Shown in pieces: positions 55,758 through 64,000 of a stretch of 64,000 nt of DNA. Both the position numbers and the translations under genes were made by a program. Origin of the DNA: Caldisericia bacterium (GTDB taxonomy: Bacteria > Caldisericota > Caldisericia > JAAYUI01); assembly GCA_963674785.1 (NCBI GenBank), contig OY771555.1:960001-1024000 (forward strand). Reading direction: 5' to 3'. The notes below the pieces were generated by a model. That model had not been told where the DNA came from. It searched no databases and was given only the letters and a program-made list of their open reading frames with translations. How positions within the stretch are numbered: the stretch's first letter is position 1; each line of letters begins with the position of its first letter.

Positions 55758-55790
55758 ACTCCAATCTACGATTCCCCTGCTTCCCCCCAG

Positions 55791-55938
55791 ATTCTCCTGC
55801 GAAAGCAGGAGTCCAGGGTTACTTTTGAATCCTGAATCTTTTTATTTGACAATTTTTGATGAGAGAGGGGCTATCTCATCAGGCAAAAATAAAGGAGCAT
55901 TTCTTTGCCCTGGATTCCGTGTCAAGCACGGAATGACG
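55791..55938. repeat. Inverted pair of CGTC-type REP-like palindromes
   Basis: ATTCTCCTGC-GAAA-GCAGGAGTCCAG (55791-55816) and CTGGATTCCGTG-TCAAG-CACGGAATGACG (55910-55938). Confidence 0.7.
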
Positions 55939-55947
55939 AGGGACAGG

Positions 55948-56013
55948 CCGAAGCCTGACGATGTTGCAGATGTGGTTGCATTGGGGTTGTGTCATTTGTT
56001 TTCAGTTAGATAA
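55948..56013 (+). pseudogene. Duplicate of the last 21 codons plus stop of ruvC
   Basis: PKPDDVADVVALGLCHLFSVR* vs PKPDDVADAVALGLCHLFSVK*. Confidence 0.85.
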
Positions 56014-56131
56014 CACTTCTTTATTCCAAACTGTGATTATTCCTAGTTCCATTTTGTGGGATTTCGGAAGAATGTCACCGACTCCGATCAGGGATACAAG
56101 TTTTTGATCTGGAATCTAGGATTTAGTATTC

Positions 56132-56164
56132 AAAAGGGTGGCAAATCAATGCCACCCTTTTTTT
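56132..56164 (+). terminator. Rho-independent terminator
   Basis: AAAAGGGTGGCA-loop-TGCCACCCTTTT plus T-run. Confidence 0.8.
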
Positions 56165-56184
56165 GATTTCATTTTTCGAGTAAA

Positions 56185-57405
56185 ATGAAGATGGGAATGA
56201 AGATAATTGTAAGCATAATAATTGCCGTGTTAACTCTCTCTGGTGGTTCATATGAGACAGGTGAGATATCTCAGTGGAGCAATCCAAATGCAACCATTTA
56301 TCAAAACAATTGCATAGACTATAAAACAGAGATAAATATTTCAGAATTTGAGGTACTTTGGTCGAAGAAAACTGTTTCCGAGAAACAGAATAGGCTTGTC
56401 AGTAACATTGTCTCAGATGGTGCAAACATATTCTTCAACCAACATGGTAACATTTATTGTGTCAATATCTCTTCGGGTGAATCAGAATGGGTAGCATCAT
56501 ATGGAAAACCAAATTACGATCATTCAATCCGTTTTCCAAAGATGTTTTGTTACGATGAAGCTATATTTTATATAGATGGATATAATGACTTATACAAAAT
56601 ATCAAAAGAAGATGGTTCTCTAATATGGAGTGTTCTTTGCGAGGACTTTGATAATCTCTATAATTTTGGCACTCTGGCAGTTTATGAGAACTATGTCATC
56701 TGTAATGTAGATTATGGTATGATTTGTATCGATAATGATTCTGGAAAAATAAAGTGGAGAAATACAAAAACTGGTAGCTCTTATGGGATTCCGGTTATCT
56801 ATGAAAATAAGGTCATATTTGCAGGCCTATTCTTTCTAGATTGGCTTTCTTTGTCCTCGGGTAAGATTCTCGAAAGTTATGATTTGGATAATGATCCAAG
56901 TTTTACAAATATATCAAAATCACAGCCAAGGATTGGTATTTCAGAGGTCATAATCGATGATAGGTGCGGTTTTCAAATATATGATGCATCTAAGATGAAA
57001 CACATCAATTCAGTAGTTATTGTAGAAGAATGTGATTTCTATGGAAGAGTGCATGTTGCAACAAATGGAGAACATAATGTTTTCTTTAACCCTTTGCTAG
57101 CATGCTACAGTAATGATGGAGAAGTCTTGTGGTCATTTGCTTCTGAAAAAGAATATAAAACTCTTCCATGGACTAACCCTATCATCATTGATGAGAGTGT
57201 GTATATCCTGAAATCCAAACTAATTGATTATAACTTAGGCACATACAAACATAAGCTGTACAAAATCAACCTTCAAACTGGAAATTGGTCTGAGAAGATC
57301 TTGTTTCAAGAGGATATCGGTAGTGTCTCATCGGTTATCTTCTCCTCCGGCAAGTTCTTTGTTGTTGTAGATAATACAATCTACTGTATTGGAGAACCAA
57401 AATAA
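56185..57405 (+). CDS. Secreted PQQ-like beta-propeller protein
   Basis: Signal peptide; repeated C......G...W motifs; ends IYCIG. True start may be 56191 or 56197. Confidence 0.78.
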   Translation: MKMGMKIIVSIIIAVLTLSGGSYETGEISQWSNPNATIYQNNCIDYKTEINISEFEVLWSKKTVSEKQNRLVSNIVSDGANIFFNQHGNIYCVNISSGESEWVASYGKPNYDHSIRFPKMFCYDEAIFYIDGYNDLYKISKEDGSLIWSVLCEDFDNLYNFGTLAVYENYVICNVDYGMICIDNDSGKIKWRNTKTGSSYGIPVIYENKVIFAGLFFLDWLSLSSGKILESYDLDNDPSFTNISKSQPRIGISEVIIDDRCGFQIYDASKMKHINSVVIVEECDFYGRVHVATNGEHNVFFNPLLACYSNDGEVLWSFASEKEYKTLPWTNPIIIDESVYILKSKLIDYNLGTYKHKLYKINLQTGNWSEKILFQEDIGSVSSVIFSSGKFFVVVDNTIYCIGEPK

Positions 57406-57463
57406 TTATTTCTGATCCATCTTAACTTGCAAAAATTCTTATGTATAATCTACATCATAGCTC

Positions 57464-58741
57464 ATGAAAAAATCATTTTTCCTAATTGATTGCGATTCGT
57501 TCTACGCATCGTGTGAAAAGGTCTTCAGACCAGACATAAAGGACAAACCTGTGGTTGTCCTTAGTAATAATGATGGATTTATAGTTGCAGCAGACAGAAA
57601 AGCAAAAGCCCTTGGAATCAAGACGATTTCTGATCCATACTTCAAGATGGAACCAATCATCAAAAAATTTGGGATTGAGGTTTTTTCTGCAAATTTTGAG
57701 CTTTATGGAGACATGTCAGAACGTGTCATGAAAATACTTGCCAGGTTTTCCCCAGAGATTGAAATATATTCAATCGATGAAGCATTTTTGCTGATGAATC
57801 ATGGCGAAGAACGACTTACAAACATTGGCAGAAAAATCAAAGAATTGGTTTGGAAAAGTGTCGGTATCCCAGTTTCTGTTGGAATTGGCCCAACAAAGAC
57901 GCTTGCAAAAATAGCAAGCAGGTTGGCTAAAAAAAACCCTGGACTTGGTGGAGTTTTTGACATTGGTGAACAAGAGGATATGGATGCATTCCTTAGAAAA
58001 ATCAAGGTTGAAGATATCTGGGGAGTCGGAAGAGCGCACTCAAAGCTTCTTTATGAATGCGGAATAAACACCGCTTATGACTTGAAAAGATTGTCATATA
58101 ATGTTGCAAAAAAACAGATGACAATTGTCGGACTCAAGACCGTAAAAGAGCTTGGAGGAATCCCTTGTTTTGCACTTTCTGACACCCCTCCTCACCAAAA
58201 AAGCATTATGCGCTCAAGGTCTTTTGGTCACCTTGTTGAGACTCTGCCAGCGCTTACCGAGGCTGTCGCATCATATACAACAAGGGCATGTGAAAAACTT
58301 AGAGAGCAACATTCTCTCGCTTGGGTGGTGCACGTTTTCATTGCCACCCACCCACACAAAAAAGAACCACAGTACTCTGGCAAAGAAAGCTTCAAACTCT
58401 CAATGCCAACAGCAGACACCCCAACAATCATCAAAGCAGCCCTTTCTTGTCTTAAAAAAATCTATAGACCAAGATATCGATACCTCAGATGTGGAGTGGT
58501 TCTCACAAATCTGATTCCAGAACATGATGACCCAGGACACCTCTTTAAAACTCCATTCCCAAGTTCCCAGAACAAGGATTTGATGGTTGCAGTTGATAAG
58601 ATAAACAGATACATGGGTACAGATTTTGCGAGGTTTGGCTCAGTTGGGATTGAGAACAAACCCTGGAAAATGAGACAAGCCAGAAGAAGCCAGAGATACT
58701 CAACTCGCTGGGAAGAAATCCCAACAGTTTATGCAAAATAA
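57464..58741 (+). CDS. umuC: Y-family DNA polymerase V catalytic subunit
   Basis: DCDSFYASCE, VVVLSNNDG, YSIDEAF, GIGPTKTLAK, IWGVG, SRSFG, C-terminal W.MR...S..Y.T.W (DUF4113). Confidence 0.93.
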   Translation: MKKSFFLIDCDSFYASCEKVFRPDIKDKPVVVLSNNDGFIVAADRKAKALGIKTISDPYFKMEPIIKKFGIEVFSANFELYGDMSERVMKILARFSPEIEIYSIDEAFLLMNHGEERLTNIGRKIKELVWKSVGIPVSVGIGPTKTLAKIASRLAKKNPGLGGVFDIGEQEDMDAFLRKIKVEDIWGVGRAHSKLLYECGINTAYDLKRLSYNVAKKQMTIVGLKTVKELGGIPCFALSDTPPHQKSIMRSRSFGHLVETLPALTEAVASYTTRACEKLREQHSLAWVVHVFIATHPHKKEPQYSGKESFKLSMPTADTPTIIKAALSCLKKIYRPRYRYLRCGVVLTNLIPEHDDPGHLFKTPFPSSQNKDLMVAVDKINRYMGTDFARFGSVGIENKPWKMRQARRSQRYSTRWEEIPTVYAK

Positions 58742-58762
58742 AAAATCTGTATAATTGATGAT

Positions 58763-59203
58763 ATGACCGAGAAGGAAACAAAAGTCACAAACATTTTTGG
58801 TTTTGAGAAAAAGAAAACCGTTGATCTTCCTTATTATGTTGAGGGGGTAAGGGCTGGTTTTCTTTTCCCAGCCGATGATTTTTCTGAATATAAACTTGAC
58901 CTGAATGAGTATCTAATAAAACATCCATCAGCAACTTTTTTTGTAAAGGTTGAGGGTGAATCAATGGTTGATGCTGGAATCCACACCGGTGATATTCTGA
59001 TTGTTGATCGTTCAATTACACCTGTTGATGGAAAAATTGTGATTGCCGCAGTTGATGGGGAGTTTGTTGTTAAAAGATTGAAACACATTGAAGGAAAACC
59101 CTTCCTTATCTCTGAAAATCCAGATTATAAACCAATCGAGATGGAAGAGGGGATGGAGCTTACAATTTGGGGTGTCGTTAAAAACGTGATTCACGAATTC
59201 TAA
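58763..59203 (+). CDS. umuD: UmuD-type S24 autopeptidase
   Basis: V.AGF..PA cleavage site, LDLN.YLI.HP.ATFF, GESM (Ser), VKRL (Lys), IWGVV. Confidence 0.92.
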   Translation: MTEKETKVTNIFGFEKKKTVDLPYYVEGVRAGFLFPADDFSEYKLDLNEYLIKHPSATFFVKVEGESMVDAGIHTGDILIVDRSITPVDGKIVIAAVDGEFVVKRLKHIEGKPFLISENPDYKPIEMEEGMELTIWGVVKNVIHEF

Positions 59204-59283
59204 ACATCAGAGACCATTTTCTTTGATATTTAACGGATTTCGAAATAGAATGAAGGATAAGCCTGAAAGCAGAGGGGGATGTT

Positions 59284-60555
59284 ATGGATTTCAAAAAGGT
59301 CGCTATTTTTGCGTTGAGTTTTGTTATGGTGTTTGGGGTTTTGTATGTTAACCATTCTAACAAGGTATCGGCTGAAGCATCCATTTTCTATGAGATGTGG
59401 ATTGAAGAAAATGAGCTTGAAGTGAGTGAATCAACATTATTATACATATATATTCAATATCTCCCAGATACCGAAGAAGAAATGGAAGTCGAGTGTTACA
59501 TCAAAGAACCGTTTTATGCTAAACTCGAGCTTATTAAAGATTTAAAATGGGTATCGGATGATGGTGCTAAACGTATACAACAAGAGTACAAAATCACAGG
59601 AATGAGCCCCGGGAAAACCGAGCTTATTGTAAATGTTACTGGTGCACAACCACACAAAATGCCAATAACTATTGGACAAATTAAAAAAGTTTCAAAAATC
59701 ACCCTGTCCCCGGAAAGCCCAACTATTTTTGTGGGTGAGGAACTCCAGTTAGAAGCAAAAGCATATGATGAAGAAGGAAATGTGATTCCAAATACTCCGA
59801 TGAAGTGGGAGAATCTTGATCCCGAAATAGCTGAGCTCACTCCAGATGGACTGCTTAGAGCGTTTGAATCCGGGGCATGTAAAATTAAGGCATCACATGG
59901 ATCAGTTGAATCAGAAACAATAGTGACAATTGTCAAAGAGATTCAACCAGCAAAAATCTCTATAAGCACAGACCTGATAGCGTTTCCAGCAGCCAGAAAA
60001 GGCGAAAAGGTAAGCACTTCTAGTGAGATCAAAAACATCGGTGATGAGACTGCCAATGCGGAAATAAAATGCGATGAAGAATGGTTAACTTTTGTGCCTG
60101 AAAAAATCAGTCTCGAACCACAAGAATCAACAATCATTACGTTTACTGCAAACACTGAAAATCTTGAAGCAAACTCGATGGAAAGCGCAAAAATTACATT
60201 TACACTTGGTAATGGAGACGAAACCGTTATTGATGCGATAATTAAGGTTGATCCCAGCTGCTCAATTATTGTCGAACCCGAAGTAATCGATTTTGGAAAA
60301 ATCTCTAAGGGTGGAGAAATCAGCAAAATTCTCAAAATAACACTTCCCGAGGGAACTCACATCTGGATAAGACCAGTCGAATCATGGATTGACATTTCAA
60401 AAATCGAAGGTTCTGAGAATGAATTCATGGTCATGATTGATACATCCAAACTTCCAGATGATATGGAAACATTTGTAGGGTCGTTAAACATCATCCCAAC
60501 CGATATTCTTTGTGATATTGTCAGCGTGAAAGTGATAGGAGAGTTTGGGGATTAA
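59284..60555 (+). CDS. Secreted protein with Ig-like (Big_2) and BACON-like domains
   Basis: Signal peptide; ITLSPE...VGE.LQL.A.AYD..GN; EEWLT..P; DFGKI...SWI. Confidence 0.75.
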   Translation: MDFKKVAIFALSFVMVFGVLYVNHSNKVSAEASIFYEMWIEENELEVSESTLLYIYIQYLPDTEEEMEVECYIKEPFYAKLELIKDLKWVSDDGAKRIQQEYKITGMSPGKTELIVNVTGAQPHKMPITIGQIKKVSKITLSPESPTIFVGEELQLEAKAYDEEGNVIPNTPMKWENLDPEIAELTPDGLLRAFESGACKIKASHGSVESETIVTIVKEIQPAKISISTDLIAFPAARKGEKVSTSSEIKNIGDETANAEIKCDEEWLTFVPEKISLEPQESTIITFTANTENLEANSMESAKITFTLGNGDETVIDAIIKVDPSCSIIVEPEVIDFGKISKGGEISKILKITLPEGTHIWIRPVESWIDISKIEGSENEFMVMIDTSKLPDDMETFVGSLNIIPTDILCDIVSVKVIGEFGD

Positions 60556-60610
60556 AAAAAGGGTGAGAGAGTCTTTAGCTTTTAAAGACAGAAAGCATTC
60601 AGAATCATAA

Positions 60611-60642
60611 CAAAACCCCCGCCATTTCTGGCGGGGGTTTTG
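60611..60642. terminator. Bidirectional terminator
   Basis: CAAAACCCCCGCCA-TTTC-TGGCGGGGGTTTTG. Confidence 0.88.
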
Positions 60643-60665
60643 ATTATCTGATTAAGCCCTAAATC

Positions 60666-61820
60666 TTAGAGCACGTCTTTTGCAATATTTGATGCAATGA
60701 CAACTCTCTGAATCTGGTTTGTTCCTTCATATATCTGTGTGATTTTTGCATCACGCATCATTTTTTCAACTGGATATTCCTTCATGTAACCATATCCACC
60801 AAAGATCTGGACAGCATCAGTTGTGACTCTCATTGCAAGGTCAGTGCAGTAGCATTTTGCCATGGATGATTCTTTGCTGTATTTTTTCACTCCACCATCA
60901 ATCATTCTGGCAGTGGAGTAAACAAGAGCTCTTCCTGCCTCGATATCTTTTGCCATGTCGGCAAGCATGAATGCGATTGCCTGGTTATCAAAGATTGGTT
61001 TACCAAACTGGACTCTTTCTTTTGAGTACTTGAGTGCTTCTTCATATGCACCCTGGGCAATTCCAAGTCCCTGTGCTGCAATTCCTGGTCTTGATTTGTC
61101 AAGTGTGCGAAGAGCTGCGTGGATTCCCTGTCCTTCTTTTCCAAGACGGTTTTCAACTGGAACTTTGCAGTCCTGGAAGACGAGTTCTGATGTGACGGAT
61201 GATCTGATACCCATCTTGTTTTCGTCTTTTCCATAACCAAATCCTGGTGTTCCCTTTTCAACAACGAGTGCAACAAGCCCTCTTGTGCCTTTTGATTTGT
61301 CGGTCTGTGCGATTACGGTTGTGATGTCTGCGACCCTTCCGTTTGTGATGAACTGTTTTGTTCCATTAAGGGTGTAGTATTTTCCGTCGTCAGAAAGCAC
61401 TGCTGTTGTCTCAATGTTTGAAGCATCTGAACCTGCATTTGCCTCGGTGAGTGCGAAAGCTGTGAGGTATTCACCAGATGCGGCTTTGGTGAGGAAACGC
61501 TTTTTCTGCTCTTCATTACCCATGATTACGATTGGGAATGAACCAAGTGCGTTTACTGCGTATGAAACAGCAACGCCACCGTCGATTCTTGCAAGCTCTT
61601 CGATGATTGTGCAAAGTTCAAGAACGCCGAGACCAAGCCCATCATATTCCTCTGGAATATATGTTCTCATGAGGTCTGCTCTTGCCATTTCGGCAATGAT
61701 ATCTTTTGGGAATTCTCCCTTTTCGTCGAGTTCACCTCTTACTGGTTTGATTCTCTCTTCGGCAATCTTTCTGGCAAGTTCTTTTACCTGTTTCTGCTGG
61801 TCTGTTAAGAAATAATCCAT
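60666..61820 (-). CDS. Acyl-CoA dehydrogenase (butyryl-CoA dehydrogenase-like)
   Basis: FALTEANAGSD, LNGTKQFITNG, KMGIRSS, QIFGGYGY, RDAKITQIYEGTNQIQR; AGGAGG SD before ATG 61820. Confidence 0.94.
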   Translation of the reverse strand: MDYFLTDQQKQVKELARKIAEERIKPVRGELDEKGEFPKDIIAEMARADLMRTYIPEEYDGLGLGVLELCTIIEELARIDGGVAVSYAVNALGSFPIVIMGNEEQKKRFLTKAASGEYLTAFALTEANAGSDASNIETTAVLSDDGKYYTLNGTKQFITNGRVADITTVIAQTDKSKGTRGLVALVVEKGTPGFGYGKDENKMGIRSSVTSELVFQDCKVPVENRLGKEGQGIHAALRTLDKSRPGIAAQGLGIAQGAYEEALKYSKERVQFGKPIFDNQAIAFMLADMAKDIEAGRALVYSTARMIDGGVKKYSKESSMAKCYCTDLAMRVTTDAVQIFGGYGYMKEYPVEKMMRDAKITQIYEGTNQIQRVVIASNIAKDVL

Positions 61821-61918
61821 GTTCTTCTTCCTCCTTGTCAAGTACTTTCGACAACTGTATCCTTAAGATGTTACAGTGTCTGGAACAAATTTTGAATAAA
61901 GAAACTATGGAGTATATC

Positions 61919-63436
61919 ATGAAGAAAAATTCAATAATCGGTATTTTGGCTGTTGCAATAGTAATCGTACTAGTTTTAATCTTTGTTTTTGTAGATTGTG
62001 ATGGTGGTGAGAAGGTGCGAAACGTGGATATTCCAGAAGTTATTCCAGATGAAAAAGTAGTTGATAATTCAAATAACGGCACCTCAGAGGCTGTCACAAA
62101 GGATGCTGAGCTAGGCACACCTGACACAATCCCAGCAGAAGATGAAGTAACAGGCAATGGTTCATCCTCCTCTGCCTACACCATGACCGATTCAATGGAA
62201 GAGCCACCATTCCCAGAGGCAACCCCTGCAACTGAATGGAGAATGTTCAGACGTACCCCTGATAACATGGGTCTGGTCTCATCTGACATAAAGCTCCCAC
62301 TTGGAAAAGAGTGGAATGAGGGTGACAATCCAGAATACAGACAGGTTTCTTTTGGTGCTCCCGCTGCAAACTATATCTATGGTTCACCTGCCATTGTAAA
62401 TGGTCATATATTTTTTGGCGTGAAGCTTGGGTATGTTCAGGCACACACATTTAAAACAGGTGGATATCAGTGGAGAAATACAGAAACAATCAAGGGCAGT
62501 GTTACAACCTCAATTGCGGCTGATGATAAAAATATATATTTTGGAACAGCAGGCACAGGAAAGATGATGTGTTTTGACCAGAAAGGTAAACTTGATGTTG
62601 ATGAAGAAGGGAATGAAATCCTTATTGATGTAAAGGTTTGGGAATTTCAGACTGGCCAAAACATCAGCGTTCCACCAGGAACAACAGATGAAAGATATAA
62701 AAACCCAGTCATCATGAGCAGCCCAAAAATCCTTGATGGAAAGCTCTATTTTGGTGCATTTGATGGCAAGATGTACTGCCTCAACACAAAAGATGGCAGC
62801 AAGGTCTGGGAATATCAGACCTCATCAAAGGTCTATGCATCTCCGGCTATTGCTGCTGGAAGGCTCTACTTTACAAACTACGATGGAAATGTTTTCTGTC
62901 TTGATGCTGCTTCAGGTAAACTCATCTGGAAAACTGCGCTTCCAAAAAACACAGTCGCATCTCCAGTTGTTTTTGGACCACGTGTCTGGATTGGTTGCAA
63001 AAACGCAAAGATGTACTGCCTGAAGGCATATGATGGTGAGATTCTTTGGGACTATCAAGCACTAGACTCTGATTTTGGAATTGAGGCATGCCCTGCAATC
63101 GACAAAGACAACATCTACTTTGGCGACAGCTCAGGTCACTTCCAGGCTCTAAACCGTATCACAGGTGAAGAGGTCTGGCAGGTGAAGGTTTCAGACAACG
63201 CCGATGCCCCTGCTGTCAACAGCTCCCCGATTATCACAGACGACAAGATTTTTGTTGGTGCACACGACAAACATCTCTATGTGCTTGATAAAAAGACAGG
63301 TGAAACCCTTGACCAGTTCCTGACCCAGGGAAGCATACTCGCATCCCCCGTCATCATCGGTCGCGAGGTGCTTGCACCAAGCTATGATGCGTATGTTTAT
63401 ATTCTCAGAGAGAGAGGGTCAGCTAAGCCGGAGTAA
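61919..63436 (+). CDS. Membrane-anchored PQQ-like (BamB-type) beta-propeller protein
   Basis: N-terminal TM, acidic linker, W.MF, repeated SP......YFG..DG..YCL....G...W. Confidence 0.88.
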   Translation: MKKNSIIGILAVAIVIVLVLIFVFVDCDGGEKVRNVDIPEVIPDEKVVDNSNNGTSEAVTKDAELGTPDTIPAEDEVTGNGSSSSAYTMTDSMEEPPFPEATPATEWRMFRRTPDNMGLVSSDIKLPLGKEWNEGDNPEYRQVSFGAPAANYIYGSPAIVNGHIFFGVKLGYVQAHTFKTGGYQWRNTETIKGSVTTSIAADDKNIYFGTAGTGKMMCFDQKGKLDVDEEGNEILIDVKVWEFQTGQNISVPPGTTDERYKNPVIMSSPKILDGKLYFGAFDGKMYCLNTKDGSKVWEYQTSSKVYASPAIAAGRLYFTNYDGNVFCLDAASGKLIWKTALPKNTVASPVVFGPRVWIGCKNAKMYCLKAYDGEILWDYQALDSDFGIEACPAIDKDNIYFGDSSGHFQALNRITGEEVWQVKVSDNADAPAVNSSPIITDDKIFVGAHDKHLYVLDKKTGETLDQFLTQGSILASPVIIGREVLAPSYDAYVYILRERGSAKPE

Positions 63437-63442
63437 TCCTTC

Positions 63443-63504
63443 CGTCATGCCCGACTTGATCGGGCATCTCCTCACCGTCATCCCGGGCTTGACCCGGGTT
63501 CCAG
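63443..63504 (+). repeat. Two tandem CGTC-type REP-like palindromes
   Basis: CGTCATGCCCGA-CTTGA-TCGGGCATCT and CGTCATCCCGGG-CTTGA-CCCGGGTTCCAG. Confidence 0.75.
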
Positions 63505-64000
63505 GGTTTCTTTTGACTCATCACTCCCATCATCAATTGATGGGAGTTTTTTAAGACATACATCTATTAGGGCTAGCATTCTGAAAAATAAATAATTCTC
63601 TGTATCTTTATCTTTTATTGGTTTTACAGACTTTTTGCCTGCATCAAAATGTCTGATTTCATAATTATTACCAACATAAGTTAGGAACTTAAATTCTTTA
63701 TTTATATCATCAAATTCAAGGTCTGTTGAGATTTCATTAACAAGCCCTTCGGCAGAACTTTTCTTATCTAAATCTGGATTGTAAAGAGTTTTTATTCTTT
63801 CAAACACGCTCCAGATTTTCTCTAAAGCTGTTTTTCGGTCACCATTCCAAAACTTATTTTTTGCTTCAATGATTCTATCATTCAACCTTTGATCTTCAGT
63901 GTTTGGCTGAATTGAAGTCAACAATTCATTATTCATGCTGATATCTAGAATATCTGATAAATTGAGTGTTTTTGATGCACTGCATGAGTCGTCAATGAAT
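63478..64000 (-). CDS. AbiJ-like C-terminal domain protein (partial; frame open to window end)
   Basis: ALEKIW..FERIKT, LT..GNNYEIRH, YLF.R. No stop in frame between 63936 and 64000, so the gene probably starts outside the window. Confidence 0.6.
   Translation of the reverse strand, partial: FIDDSCSASKTLNLSDILDISMNNELLTSIQPNTEDQRLNDRIIEAKNKFWNGDRKTALEKIWSVFERIKTLYNPDLDKKSSAEGLVNEISTDLEFDDINKEFKFLTYVGNNYEIRHFDAGKKSVKPIKDKDTENYLFFRMLALIDVCLKKLPSIDDGSDESKETLEPGSSPG
63523..63552 (+). terminator. Probable terminator of the 61919 gene, inside the tail of the convergent ORF
   Basis: ACTCCCATCA-TCAAT-TGATGGGAGT plus T-run. Confidence 0.6.

Noticed and set aside
55825-56013. 62-aa ORF as a real gene
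   Set aside because: It is a chance read through a REP into the orphan ruvC tail, with a TTG start and no SD.

Overview
Low-GC bacterial chromosomal window. The repertoire of copper-amine-oxidase-N-terminal, PQQ-propeller and BACON/Ig surface proteins, plus selA, arcC and an acyl-CoA dehydrogenase, suggests an anaerobe such as Caldisericota; this taxonomy is inference only. The left half (about 1-34 kb) is accessory and rich in tandem paralogs. It holds six consecutive VOC/glyoxalase genes, selA-nth, a DUF1566 protein, an orphan Cas2/VapD-like gene, a pyrimidine-dimer-glycosylase-like gene with a displaced 3' end, twin 55-aa membrane microproteins, a Rieske oxygenase, two 7-8TM plus two STAS/SEC14-like genes, and a WYL regulator. 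The best candidate for an undescribed system is a TIR/SIR2 cluster at 12.4-23.7 kb: an X-TIR gene, a TIR-SIR2 fusion and two tandem SIR2-STAND-TPR (NLR-like) genes. The SIR2 domains of the tandem pair are identical over 200 aa despite about 36 synonymous changes, and both have Asn where SIR2 NADases usually have the catalytic His. The right half is mostly core: fabZ-fabH-fabG-acpP-fabF-accD-accA, an NtrC-type regulator followed by a giant S-layer-like protein, arcC and a cmk-plsC fusion, pdxS-pdxT-yebC-ruvC (with a duplicated ruvC 3' end around REP elements), umuC-umuD in reversed order, an acyl-CoA dehydrogenase, PQQ propellers and a partial AbiJ-like gene. I saw no rRNA, tRNA, CRISPR array, integrase or transposase. 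All family calls come from motif recognition by eye; no database searches were run.
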